Assembly (NCBI GenBank): GCA_951406725.2
Contig: OX597819.1
Span: 116,560,001 to 116,624,000, forward strand
Direction of reading: 5' to 3'
DNA from: Octopus vulgaris
Taxonomy: Eukaryota
Length of the DNA: 64,000 nucleotides
Shown: piece by piece, positions 38,830-52,000 of the stretch
How the letters are laid out: the number at the start of each line of letters is the position of its first letter
Numbering within the stretch: the first letter of the stretch is position 1
The notes under the pieces: model-generated
Told to the model about the DNA's origin: nothing
Seen by the model: the letters and a program-made list of their open reading frames with translations, nothing else
Database searches by the model: none
Made by a program: the position numbers and the translations under genes

Positions 38830-40030
38830 ATTGCTTAGCTTTGATACCATTGTGTTCTCAAAATCCAGGAGCACATCTTGCGGGTCAAGTCAATGTTGTT
38901 GTTTACGTGGGGTCTCCAGCTTAGATTGTTATCAACAATTACTCCAAGGCCTCTGGTGTTGATGGATGGCACTAGGGAGTTACCCAAGGGGAGCGAATAT
39001 AGTAGTTTCAGAGTATCCAATTAAACTTATCTTCATTTAGAAGCATATTGTTCTCTTCCGCCCAATGGACAACAGCAAACAGATCAGATTGAAGGCATGT
39101 TCGGTCTTCTATACGGTTTCTGGCCTACTGGTGCTTGGAACCATCGGCAAAGATTTTCGATGTACAGTGTTTGATATAGATAATGAAGAAGAGTTGGTCC
39201 AACACAGTACCTTGCGGGACACCACTACTGACTTGGGCTGAACCTAATGGGATTACTTCAACCGCAACATGTTGGGTTCTATTCGTCAGTAGCTTTCCAC
39301 GGACTCCAATGTTGGACACTTTCTTCGGCAGGATTTTGTGGTTCACTCTGTCAAATGCCTTGCTGAAATCAAGACATATGACATGACTCTTGGAGCCTTC
39401 TCTCACAACTTTTAAGTTGTCCCCAAAATGGTGCAGAAGCTGCGACAGGCAGTGCCTGCCATCACAGAAACTATTCTTTCGCTCTCGAGTACGTTAATGA
39501 TATGAGAGGTGAGTGAAATCGTACTGTAGTTCGCTGCAAGAAATATGTTTCTCATTTTGAAAATTAGAACGACAGACTGGGAAAGAAATGATCAAGTGAG
39601 CTCCTCCAGATCTCATCTAGAGGTGTCGACACATCTTTAGGACAGTTTCCAGGAACCTCTCGGGACCTGCATCTGAGTTGTGCTTGATCTTTTTTAGTTC
39701 TGTTAGGATATCAGGAGCACCAAAACGTATATCAGATATAGTTAGTTGAGGGCTTACATCACTGATAGTAGCCAGATCAACCGCATTAGGGTTACTGAAA
39801 ACAGAACAGAATTGTTTCTGCTGCATCCCGCGCATGAATGTTGCATCATCATGTAGAGTGTTGTTCTCATCAACCAGAGAACCAAGTGTGAAACAGCGAC
39901 TTAATGATTTTTTGCAAATGAAAAGAACACCCTGGGGTTGTTTTATCTTCTCAACGGCCCATTTCTCTTCGTCTGTTCTGGTTGTTAACGATGGTCATTA
40001 TGAGTTTTTTTAGAGGTCTTGTTTTTTGAT
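38830..40030 (-). mobile_element. Decayed CR1-group LINE RT region
   Basis: LDFSKAFDRVNHKIL, SGVPQGTVL..LFFIIYI, IFADGSK (FADD), RGLGVIVDNNLSWRPHV; many disruptions. Confidence 0.85.
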
Positions 40031-40519
40031 TCGAGTGATGCAATGGAAGTCAAATGGATTTGTTGTTACTGACAGTATTGGTCGATTTTCTTGCTAATTC
40101 TTTTTATTTTTCTTATAATTGCTCTTCTGTTTCTAAGAATTCTGCACTTAATCTTTTTTTACTGATTTTAACGGGGTATGTTTTGCGAATATATTTTTTA
40201 CAGGTAATACAAATGCCTGGCACGATCTATTTATGTGGGTGGGGGTGCGGGCGCGAAGACCCTATCAACTTGTGAAAGATCATGATTGGTCACATCGAAG
40301 ACTACATTATGAAGATCTATAGTGTCAAATGAATGGGTTGGAGAGAGGTCATTGGGTTTGAGGATGGTAGAATTCCAGATCACGGAGAAACATATCATGA
40401 TCTGAGAGTAGTGGTGCATTTTTCACTACAATATTGTAGATGGTGTTAGTACTGTGTTTACTGTATGTATGCATATATACAAGTATATTATTCATATTAT
40501 TTAGATTATATATATGTTT

Positions 40520-40803
40520 GTTATTGTTGTTCGTTCCTTCTTGAGCCATGTCTGCATCATAAGCGCCGGTTTCCTGGTTAATTTGGACCAGGCGGACAGA
40601 GTCCGTGGATATATGTAGAAGGAAAGAGTGAGGGAAAGTTGTCGCGAAGGAGTCAGTAGAAGTTCGCTTATTATATTCTGCCTGATTCATATGGAGCTTA
40701 GTTGTTTCGCTCATAAACACACGCATCGCCCGGTCTGAAATTCGAACCAGTGATCCCTTGACTTCGAATCCCCTGCTATAACCACTAGGCCATGTGCCTT
40801 CAC
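40520..40803 (-). mobile_element. SINE related to family C with a different tail ending in (AAC)n
   Basis: Minus strand TGGCCTAGTGGTT..GGTTCGAATTTCAGACCGGGCG..TTTATGAGCGAAAC shares the family C head and core; ends GGCTCAAGAAGGAAC-AACAAC. Confidence 0.75.
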
Positions 40804-41434
40804 AGATTAGATATATATTTTATATAAATTCATTTTCTATGTTATAAAACCAGTATTGAAATCATGTACTGTCTACAATTTACATATCATTAACTCCACC
40901 TCAATGGCGTTCAACTCAACAAGATTCTCTCCACAGTGTTGACCAGTATACATGAAGTTAATTGGTAATTATATCGTCAAGTCATATCTATTTAATAAGA
41001 TGACGATTAAACGAAATTCAATTATTTTCCACATACACCTTCTAATGGCATATCAACTTGTAATTTTACCTGTGGCATGTAATATCTTACAGAACGTGTG
41101 TGAAATAGCAATGTCGGCTTTGAGCTAATACTTTCTTTCTTTCATATCTAGTTTAATGCGTTGCGTAGTAATATTTTAACATTATAAGCCAGATGCACAG
41201 TTATGAACATGATATATGATATCTCTGTCTATCTCTGAACGGTGGGCTGTGTGTGAATAGATTAGGACCAGGAACAAGTTATTGGCCGATAATATATTTG
41301 CACATGTAAATTCTCGAATATATATGCTAATATACATATACCCAGTCATATATATTTCCATGTATGTATGTATATATACGTATGTATTAACACAGACATA
41401 CACACACGCACATATTTGTGTATGTATATACTTC

Positions 41435-41928
41435 TATTCTTTCCTTTATTTGTTTCAGTCATTTGAATGCGGCCATGCTACAGCTCCGCCTGTAGTCGAA
41501 CAAATCAACCTCAAGACTTATTCTTTGTAAGACTAGTACATATTCTACCGGTCACTTTTGCAGAACCGCTAAGTTACGGGGTCGTAAACACACCAACATC
41601 GGTTGTCTGATGATGTTGTTGAGGAAAAACACAGACACACAAACATATACGCAGACACACACAGACAGAGACACACACAAACACACACAAACACACACAA
41701 ACACACACGCACATACACACACATATATATGTATGCATGTATGTATGTACGTATGTATATATATACGACGGGCTTCTTTCAGTTTGTTTCCCACCAAATC
41801 TACTCACAATGCTTTAGTCGGCCCGAGGCTATTGTAGAAGACCCTTGCCCAAGGTGCCACGCAGTGGGACTGAACCCAGAGTCATTTGGTTGGTAAGCAA
41901 GCCTCTTACCACACAGCCATTCCTGCGC
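41435..41928 (-). mobile_element. SINE family B, full length
   Basis: Reverse complement of the family B consensus. Confidence 0.88.
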
Positions 41929-41948
41929 TTGATATAAATATATATATA

Positions 41949-42250
41949 GGAGCACTCCGTCGGTTGCGACGACGAGGGTCCCAGCTGATACGATCAACGG
42001 AACACCTTGCTCGTGAAATTAATGTGTATGTGGCTGAGTACTCCACAAACACGTGTACCCATAATGTAGTTCTCGGGAAGATTCAGCGTGACACAGAATG
42101 TGACAAGGCTGGCCGTTTGAAATACAGGTACAACTCATTTTTGCCAGCTGAGTGGACTGGAGTAACTTGAAATAAAGTGTCTTACTTAAGGATACAATGC
42201 ACCACCGGGAATTGAACTCACGAGCTTACGATCACTAATCACGCATCTTC
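41949..42250 (-). mobile_element. SINE family D
   Basis: Reverse complement matches 30478-30781. Confidence 0.85.
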
Positions 42251-42321
42251 ACACACACACACAGATGTCGTTAAACGGCGTATGAGGGTTCGATAATTTC
42301 TTACCGAGCAACCACACAGAT

Positions 42322-42546
42322 GATTTGTTTATAGTGATCAAATGTTTGTGTAAACATAAGCTCACTCCCTCCATAACATCAACGTTACCAGTAATGGTGC
42401 AACGTGTGCCCATGTCAGATGTGAAAATGATTGCAAAAATGAAGTGAAATGAAGTGCTTTGCTCAAGAAAACAACGTAACGCCTGGTCTGAGAATCGAAC
42501 CCACGATCTCGCAATCGCGAATGCAACGCCTTAATGACTAAGCCTT
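42322..42546 (-). mobile_element. SINE family E
   Basis: tRNA-like head (GGGTTCGATTCTC) and CTTGAGCAAAGCACTT core; tail resembles 17640-17740. Confidence 0.7.
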
Positions 42547-44279
42547 CGAATTTACAGAAAACAAAAGAAGGCATGTGAAGGTGCAAGCAGATGTATTAGT
42601 CTGACGCTCGGGAAGATTGGAAATGTGTTTGATGGTTCCAGCCTACGCTCTTCGACAGAAAGGACTGAAACGAAAAAGACTCGAGAGAGAATTAATAAAA
42701 AGAGAGAGAGAGAGAACAAAATATGTAGGGATTAACGTTTCAACCTTATGAAATGACCAGAAGAAAGAGGCTGAATCAAAGGTAGATAATAATGCGTTTC
42801 CAATTGAGATAATTATTTCACATTATTTGTATCCTAAACAAAAAGCCTGGGTTTATTCGCTATTACCAAATCGAATGGATTCCTTAAATTATCTTACACA
42901 CCCATGTTAATAGAAATATGAAACTTACACTCGCAACAAAACAAGTAAACCATTTCTCTATTAGCTATTCCGACAATCTGTTGGTTATATCGCATGGCGC
43001 AGTCACAGAAGTAACAGATCAACAAAAAGTTGTGTACTGATGGCAACATGTATACAATTAATCCCACAGTTAAAACAGACAATTTCAAACTTCATTCAGG
43101 GTTGTGACAACTACAGCAAAAATCTGGATACCTCCATCTCGCATTAATTTTGTGCATCATAAAATTGCAAGAAAAAATGAATAAGATTGTTATGTGTCGT
43201 TTCGTTCTGATGGGTGATGGACAACTCAATTGAAGGCATATATCGTCTTATGTGTTTATTCGCTTTGCATGTTACACCAACTGTCCGACATTCAGTGTAG
43301 TGATACTTATATACCTTAGACACAGCGTAGTAATACTTATAAAATAGTGCCAAAAGCGGGGACGCATTCCACACACGTACGCCCACCCATACGCATAGAT
43401 ATGAATGTGTAACAAAGATGAATAATTTTAAAGATTGTAAGTGCATATTCAAATTCTTTACATATCTCTCTACCACTTCCACTGTACCCAACTCGTCCCA
43501 CAAACACACACACACACAGGTGGGTTGTGTGTGTGAGAGAGAGAAGATGCTAGTATAAGCGTAAAATACACAAACACCGGATATGCTCGGGCTGATCGAG
43601 ATTATTAAAGCCAACATTCTAGTTAAGGTTAAAACAATCCTGCAGAACAAGTGCTTATAAATGATATATAGCTGGAGCAGTCTATTAAAGCCACACAAAA
43701 GATTCAAAACAACTATGTATTGTAAGGTTATGTGTGTGTGTGTGTATACAATGCAATAAATATCAACCAAAAAAAAAGAGCAAATACAGATACAAATAAA
43801 TATAAACATACAGGCTATACATAAACCTATTCAAATTAATAATAGCTTTAATAGAAATAACACTAATACCAATAAAAAGTACTAAAATGGATGGCATATA
43901 TAAGAAGATGAAGAGAGGCATTCATCGGAAATACTACCGAAAGGTAAATTATTATTTTTTTTAGATCAGCCTATTCTAGTAAGGTGATAACATTCAAATT
44001 CGGAGATTATATTTCCGTATCCAAAACTCATTAATGTAATTAAAATCTTTCGGAAGTTTAATAAGTACTCGAAGAGAACTCATAATTCTCTTTTCAATTA
44101 AAAGGAAAAAATATATATCAATTATGGCGTTAAGAATTTTTCTATATTTATATTTGTTCAGCATCTCCTAAATTCTGAGTATTGTGTAAAGAACTGTAGT
44201 TTTGTCTATGTATCGGATTGTATAAGTATTATGGTGAATGGAACGGTATATGTATTTATTTCATTATGCCTAAGTGAAA

Positions 44280-44280
<1 letters not shown>

Positions 44281-44329
<49 letters not shown>

Positions 44330-44342
44330 GTATGTATGTATG

Positions 44343-44379
<37 letters not shown>

Positions 44380-44514
44380 CTATATATTTATATATATATA
44401 TATATATTTATATATATAAATATATATTTATATATTTATATATATATATCTATATATCTATATATCTATATATATATATATATATATATATCTATCTATC
44501 TATCTATATATATA

Positions 44515-44567
<53 letters not shown>

Positions 44568-44610
44568 CTATATCTATATATATATATATATAAGTATATA
44601 TATATATTAT
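44281..44610. repeat. Long degenerate (TA)n microsatellite
   Basis: Directly visible. Confidence 0.95.
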
Positions 44611-45097
44611 GCTTATATATCCATATATTTAGCCAAAGAGAGAGTCAGTGGGAGAGTGAATAATAGCTAGATAGAGAATGAGAGTGGAGAGATGATCTGC
44701 TTAATGCTTTTAAATGTTATTTAGCAGAGTAGATTTTTATAAGCGAAGTATAAAAAAACCCAATGATTGTGGTATTTTGAAATTTTAAATACGCGGTTAT
44801 AGTTCTGAAAACATTCAGTTAAAATTTAATTTCGTATTTCTCTGTGTTTGTGTGTATATATGTGTGTGTGTGTTTGTGTGTTCGTGGATGTGTTTATTTG
44901 TGCTGTTCTGCCATGTGCTTCTATGCATATATGTATGCGTATGAACCTACTCAGAATTATATATATAATATGCATACGCACGTGCATACATACATCCATA
45001 CATATATGTATACATACATGCATACATACATGCATACATACATACATACATACATACATACATACATACATACATACATACATACATACATAGACAG

Positions 45098-45138
<41 letters not shown>

Positions 45139-45757
45139 AGTATCTGTTTAACGGGATGTCAAGTCACGGCGGTTGATATAGCATTGCTTTCTGGCACAAG
45201 ATTACGCAGCTTGTGAGAAATAGGTATGTCTCAGGTCTTGGCCGATAAAGTGCATACGCTTCCAGAACAAATGATAACAAAGTCACCATGAGCGAAATCT
45301 AGATAAGTGGTAAAGACAAAGGCACACTCGAATGTATAAGATATGAATGTATGCGTGCACAGACACGCAAGCAAATACACACAGGTACACAGACACACGT
45401 ATACGCACAAATATACATATACATAGACACACATATGCTTACACGCACACGTATATATACAGGTATGTATAACATTTAATTATATATATATATATATATA
45501 TAATATAAGGATAGTACGATCATTTAAATATTTGTTGTACAAGATTTATTACGTCAATTAAAATCGTTTGTTGAAAACAAAGGACCACTGATGCGGTCAC
45601 GGGCCAGTGTGACGCAAGAACTTTAGTCGAAAATAACCCCGATTATTCTTTGTAATGCAAAAAACTAAATAACACTGAAGCTAAAATAACACCAAATATA
45701 TAGTGCGTGTGTTTTTAGGGGCAAACACAGACAATATGACCATTCCGACACACACAC

Positions 45758-45796
<39 letters not shown>

Positions 45797-45800
<4 letters not shown>

Positions 45801-45957
45801 GCTTCTTTCAGTTTCCGTCTACCAAATCCACTCACAAGGCATTGGTCGGCCCGGGGCTATAGCAGAAGACACTTTCCCAAGTTGCCACGCAGTGGGACTG
45901 AACCCGGAACCATGTGGCTGGTTAGCAAGCTACTTACCACACAGCCACTCCTGCGCC
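45797..45957 (-). mobile_element. SINE family B 5' half
   Basis: Reverse complement of the family B head and core. Confidence 0.85.
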
Positions 45958-46182
45958 TAATTGTAACCATTAGGACACATTAATATAATTGTTCTAAAAT
46001 ATCTTAACAGAGCAAGAAGAAATATATAAATCGCATGAAGCCTATTGGGGTCAGAGTGTTGTAAGGGATTGTGATTCATTTCTAATTCGCCTATCTCTTT
46101 ATCAAATACGAAATTTAAAACTAGAAGACTGTATCCATTTTGAATAACGGTCAAGAGTGAGTTGATACCGCGCGGCTAGGTA

Positions 46183-46589
46183 TACTCTTTTACTTGTTTC
46201 AATCATTTGACTGCGGCCATGCTGGAGCACCGCCTTTAGTCGAGCAAATCGACTCCGGGACTTATTCTTTTGTAAGCCCAGTACTTATTCTAACGGTCTC
46301 TTTTGCCGAACCGCTAAGTGACGGGGACGTAAACACACCAGCATCGGTTGTCAAGCAATGGTAGGGGGACAAACACAGACACACAAACATATACACACAC
46401 ACTTATATATATATACATATATATATATATACGACAGGCTTCTTTCAGTTTCTGTCTACTAAATGCACTCACAAGGCATTGGTCGGCCCGGGGCTATAGC
46501 AGAAGACACTTGCCCAAGATGCCACGCAGTGGGACTGAACCCGGAACCATGTGGTTGGTTAGCAAACTACTTACCACACAGCCACTCCT
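46183..46589 (-). mobile_element. SINE family B, near full length
   Basis: Reverse complement of the family B consensus, including the tail. Confidence 0.9.
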
Positions 46590-48447
46590 CATAAATATTT
46601 TCATATATATCCCTTTTCCTCAGAGAAGAACGAATAAAGGGAGGAAAGAAGTAAAAGACGCACATACGCATGCTCACACTCACATGTATATATTACCTAT
46701 ATGTGTGTGCGTGTGTGTGTGTATGAGATTGAATAATAAACATACTTTAGGGTACTTCAAAGATGTTTGTAATATATTTTAACCAGTAATAGCAATTAGA
46801 TTGCAATTTACCGTGGGGGATATTAATAAGCTCTTACTGTACCATATGGTAAAAGGTTCAAATGAACAACTATCAGCTCAATGGCGCCCTCTATAGGGAC
46901 ACTAAATGCATTTCTATTTCATTACGTCATCTTCAGTTGCGGTTACCTAAGAGAGGCAACTCTACGCTCACAGAAAACCTTAGCTTTATGATTAATCATT
47001 CAGTACTTGCGCTCTTAGACTGCCCGGTTTCATCACATACATAAGCGATATTTGAATTCCAGTCTTTGTATTTAGTTAATTCACGCTATAGTAAATTCGT
47101 TGTACTGACTCGCTGCTTAATGACATTTTATGTGCTTTCTCTGCGTAAATGCATGCATAATATGAACAAAATTTTCGCTTGTGTATTTTGCTATACAAAA
47201 GCATAAATAGTATGTCTTACCTTTCATAAAATTTGGTCACCAAATTCTCGTTTTGGTCTCACGCTCTCGGTTTGTTTATTGCCTTGTGTTTACAAGCTTG
47301 TGTACCATTTACAACAAACTGTTTCAATATCACATATATACTGAGTTTGGACATATCCAATAATATTTTAAATATGTGAGAACCTTGATATCAAACGAAA
47401 TTTTTTAAAACCATAAATGTTATCCTGCAAGAAAAGCCTAACTCTAGATGCCCATAACTAAAACTTCTCTTTGCAAACCAATGGTGAAGTGCGTCGATTA
47501 CAGTAGGTTTACCTCCTAAATATAGATAGTAGAATTGACATTATATAGAGCATATATAGATTATATAATGCTTAATGAATCAGACAATAATGGGAATGAC
47601 GCTGCTGAAATAGACTTTGAAGCTATGATTTTGTATTTCAGATCTTCGGTGGTTAGACAACTTTAACTAACTGTAAATAACCTAACGCTATTATATAGTA
47701 CAGTCGCTTGCTATCAAGCTTCTATCTAACCTATTGACTTGATATGTCTATGCTGCCCAGAACAGCTGTATCAAAATATGGTGCAAAAGTTTAATACAGA
47801 ATTGAAACGAATTTTACTACTTTGATGAATTAGCAGAACATTTTTAAAGTGTAGATAACTTTGAAGTCAGGTATTCTGTGTCTTTCATAATATTTCCAAA
47901 ATTATTGATGGTTTACGTGAACATAATTGTCATCACATCACATCGTTAATATTGGTTATCAGACAATATTTGAACATTGAATATTGATGTACATCGATAA
48001 TGCACAAGGCCAATTACTGCAAGAAAGATGTATATATCTGACTGGTATATTGACAGCATTTTATTATCTCCAAATCCGAATTTACAAAACATAAAGAAAA
48101 ACATATGTAATTATCTCCTGACTTGATCGTTTCCACAAAATATAACGTGACATTTTAATTAGATACTGGCGATTGTATCGTATTTGTAAAAAAATACTTA
48201 CTTTTCATATGTAAACTTACTTCAACATTTAGCAACATTTTTCAAATAGCTAGCGATAGAAGAGGCCAATTTTGATAATTTCTCCACACAAACTCAATGT
48301 AGCTGTTGCTGTTAGACTGCCAAGTGTAAATTTTTAACACCCCGGGTGAGTTATTTACTGCATACTCATTAATCAGAACATTTCTACAAATAAAGTTTCC
48401 TTGACGAAATATAAAACTATATTCAGATACGGTTGTTTCAATACATA

Positions 48448-49296
48448 CGAGGGGCGTTCAATAAGTAATGCCCATAACCCACTTCCTATAGCAGTAGAGC
48501 AACGAAACTTGGCACAGTTATTAGTCTTTTTCTACATAGGAACCACCCAGAGTTACGCATTTCTCCCATCGTTTGATGCAGCTCTGGAGACCGTTTTTGT
48601 AGAAGACTCCAGCTTGGTCCTCCAACCACGACGTGACTTCAGAAATCAAGGCTGCATCATCTGGGAGACGCTTTTGAAAAAGTTTGACTCATCTTCTTGG
48701 CACATCTCCAAATTCATCCTCGAGCACTCGACGCGTTCTTGCTTCTGGAAAGGTGTGAGTAGCCTGGGAATCCATCTGGGAGACACCTTTTGTACATGCA
48801 AATGGTCATGAATGATAGTTTCCACAGACCCGGTACTAATCTTGACCTCATGGGCTATTTGACGAATAGTTATGCGTCGACCTTCCAAAATCGCAGCCTC
48901 AACTTGACGGACAGATACCTCATCAATGGCAGAAGGGGGGGCGACCAGATCTGGGAGCTGTTTCCACAGAGTTTCGACCATGTTTGAATTCACAATGCCA
49001 GCGTTTTACAAGGTCATATGATGGGGCATCATCACCATAAGTTACTTTCATTTCATCAAAAGTCTCCCGTGGTGTGCGTTCTTTCAAATACAAAAACCGG
49101 ATCACTGCTCGACACTCAACAGGCTCCATTTCACACTTGACTCAGTCCAAACACATGTAAATCAGGAACCACAATTAGTGCAGAGCTGTAACTTGCCACT
49201 TAATTTATAGAGATAAAACTAATTGCACATGCAAAATTACATCAAGATCAAACTACTGCAAGTGGGTCAGGGGCATTACTTATTGAACGTCCCTCA
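48448..49296 (-). mobile_element. Internally deleted mariner (Tc1/mariner) transposon
   Basis: 26-bp TIRs CGAGGGGCGTTCAATAAGTAATGCCC (48448-48473) and 49271-49296 (24/26 match), flanked by TA on both sides. Confidence 0.93.
48521..49129 (-). pseudogene. mariner transposase pseudogene (HTH region fused to the C-terminus, catalytic DDD core deleted)
   Basis: MEPVECRAVIRFL..RSGRP, a frameshift, then WIPRLLT (WVPHEL motif), jumping directly to DDAALISEVTSWL..FYKNGLQSCIKRWEKCVTLGGSYVEKD*. Confidence 0.9.
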
Positions 49297-49574
49297 TATA
49301 TTAAGTATATGATCAACTATAAGTTTACTGAAGAATATTTAGCATATAAGTATATTTAGTGCTACATTATCTAGAAAGGAAACAGCCCTTTTAACAGTAG
49401 CATTTATGTTGACATCATTACTGTCGAGAAAACCAAAACTACAAGTAATTGTTAATAGGATCATATGAACATTTCTCTCTATGAGTTGCATTTTCTGCCT
49501 TTCTCCTGATATGATGCCTTTCCCAATTTCTGTTAGCCATATGCTTTACGAAAACAGAACCTGCAATTTAAACC

Positions 49575-49698
<124 letters not shown>

Positions 49699-50958
49699 CT
49701 AAAATCGAAATATTTAGTTGATATTGGATTTGTTAATCGAATTAAAGATCATACTTCCATAAAACTCGACACACAATCCTGCCTATGGCATGATGACATG
49801 CTAGAACATCGGTTTGAAAATTACCGAACCCATGCCGGGATTCGTGACAGCATCCAATGTCTCTCGCCTCCCTCGAGCCAATTTTCTGAATGTTGAGGGA
49901 GGTACGATCGATTTTAATTAGACCCAACAACTACGTAGCTTTTCAATCATCTAACAAACAAAAAGTAAAAAATAGCGTAATATTTAGAGAAAATCTCAGA
50001 TAATATTCTACAAAACATAAGATTATTGTTTATGCATAAGCAATGATTTAAAACTAAGATATAATTATTTTTGATGAATTGCTATATAATATAATTACTA
50101 ATAATGAACTGCAATTTATCTTCATGTTATCCATCTCACATCAGCATAATTATTTTCTTTCAAGTTTGACAGAGATGATATGGAACAGAAGATTCCATAA
50201 CAAGCCATATAAATAATTTCCACCCCATCATAAACTTAAAGATAAACCCATTAACTGTTGATATTTTATTTTGTCATGCAACATAATTATATTCCCTAAT
50301 TAACATTTCACTCTCAATAGGTATTGATCAAAATCTAATATATCTCGTGTCACGCGAGTAATCAGAAATCTGCTGTTACGGGTTTAATATTAGTCCAATG
50401 TAATACAGTTACTTATTCACAATTTTAAAACAATTATCTACGTATGTTACTATCTAATGGGATATAGAGATACAGACAGAAAAATCTGCTAAAATGTTCG
50501 CGTCTGTTTCCTTGATGATATATGATACGATATATGATAAGATACGGCGCATAAGCATTATAGTCCCGATAAAACAACGAGTCAGTAATTATATGAAAAT
50601 ATGTGTGTGTATGTATGCATTATGTATGTATATGTATGTACGTATGTGTATGTTTGTGTGATTTGATTATATTTCCGAAATAAACGTATTTGGGTATATC
50701 TATATATCATATATTTCATCGCACTATGCCTGTTAATTTTCAATTTTACTTAAGCATCTTGCTAAGAGTTGGACACAAAATTATTTTCGATATAATTACA
50801 AAAAATATATATTTGCTTAATTGAAAGAAGTGCTAACATTCAATATCTTATCATCTCGGTAACACATGTCTCATTTATACATAATTATGTGTGCTCTGTA
50901 TATATTTGTGAATATGTACTTATTTATATGTGGACATGTATATTGTCTATATTAATAA

Positions 50959-51214
50959 TTATCGCCAAGATAACATGGCAGTCCGGAAAAATAGGACGAA
51001 TGCTGCCGTTGATTAGCTCCAAGAGGCCATCGCCTCTAGCTAGCTATGTGACACACAAACCTGTGTCCATTATAACCTTCGAACAGGTGAGGTCAGCAGC
51101 TTCCCCTTGCTGTTCTGGCATCCACAGACTAGTTTCGAGGTGTTTGCCTCTTATCAATGTGGAGTACCCAGACCCAGCAGGCGTCGCTGTTGACCGACTG
51201 TTCGAAGGATTATT
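50959..51214 (-). mobile_element. Small non-coding, highly structured insertion carrying a hammerhead ribozyme (retrozyme-like)
   Basis: GC-rich island flanked by a ~20-bp TSD: TATATTGTCTATATTAATAA (50939-50958) and TATATTGTCTATACTTATAA (51215-51234); multiple hairpins. Confidence 0.7.
51114..51172 (-). ncRNA. Type I hammerhead ribozyme with U3:A8 core variant
   Basis: Minus strand: TCTGG-GTAC-TCCACA-TTGATAA-GAGG-CAAACA-CCTC-GAAAC-TA-GTC^TGTGGA-TG-CCAGA; predicted cleavage between + coordinates 51127 and 51126. Confidence 0.85.
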
Positions 51215-51499
51215 TATATTGTCTATACTTATAACACTAATTAAACTTATACATTTTTCAACCAGTTTTAGTCCAAGGTCGAGCCTAAATTAATGAGACC
51301 ACCAGGGAGTTTTTTACGTCTTGATTAGGTTATATTTTGTGTCACTACACATTCTTCAAATGGGGATTTGCTGTTAGTCTAAACTATCCAAGTATAGGTG
51401 TTTGTTTGGAATACATTAGAGATATTTATACAGGAACTGTTTGAAAGCTTTGAGATATTTTAAGATATTTTTACTTCGTTCATGTGTTTCAGAATAAAT

Positions 51500-52000
51500 G
51501 TTAAATGTAGCTGGTCAAGCTAGGCGAAAAATAAATGTGTTGTAACATTTTTTGCACTGTATGGCTGATTTGTTTAAGGGGACTGCGGTACGTGTTCCAA
51601 TCTTGGATGATTGTGAGTCATGATGATCATATCATTTGGGCTACGCTGTTTATATTTTCCACATTGTGCAGATGATGCAGCGCTTACGACATCGCTTGAG
51701 GGAATCATGTGTCTGTCTTTGATGTGTTCTCAATTATCAAAGAATGGTATGCTATAGTTATAACATCATGATAGACGAGATGCCTAAATAATAATGATTT
51801 TTCTTCTAGTTTGGTAAGTAATCAGGGCACCATACTCCATGTGTAACAATACAAAGGACGACAAGAAAATGATAATGCAATTTGACTCCGTGAAATTAAA
51901 TTTCTGAGTATCCACGTATTCATTCAGCGCACCACCCTAACATATTGAGTACCCAAACTGATCGTGTGTCATCAACAATTACTCCTTGATCTCTGATAAA
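51500..52000 (-). pseudogene. Ancient CR1-like LINE ORF2 C-terminal remnant
   Basis: The minus-strand translation SLKRCRKRCIICTMWKI resembles the SLxRRRERYxIIYxWKI motif of LINE C-termini; heavily decayed. Confidence 0.4.

Noticed and set aside
43144-43809. 221-aa minus-strand ORF
   Set aside because: No recognisable domain, runs through (TG)n tracts and has a composition typical of AT-rich non-coding DNA.
50977-51008. Plus-strand AGTCC..AAATAGGACGAA, resembling hammerhead helix II (a possible ambisense second ribozyme)
   Set aside because: No upstream CUGANGA and no GAAA-helix III-UH; HDV-like and twister folds could not be completed either. Kept only as a hairpin.
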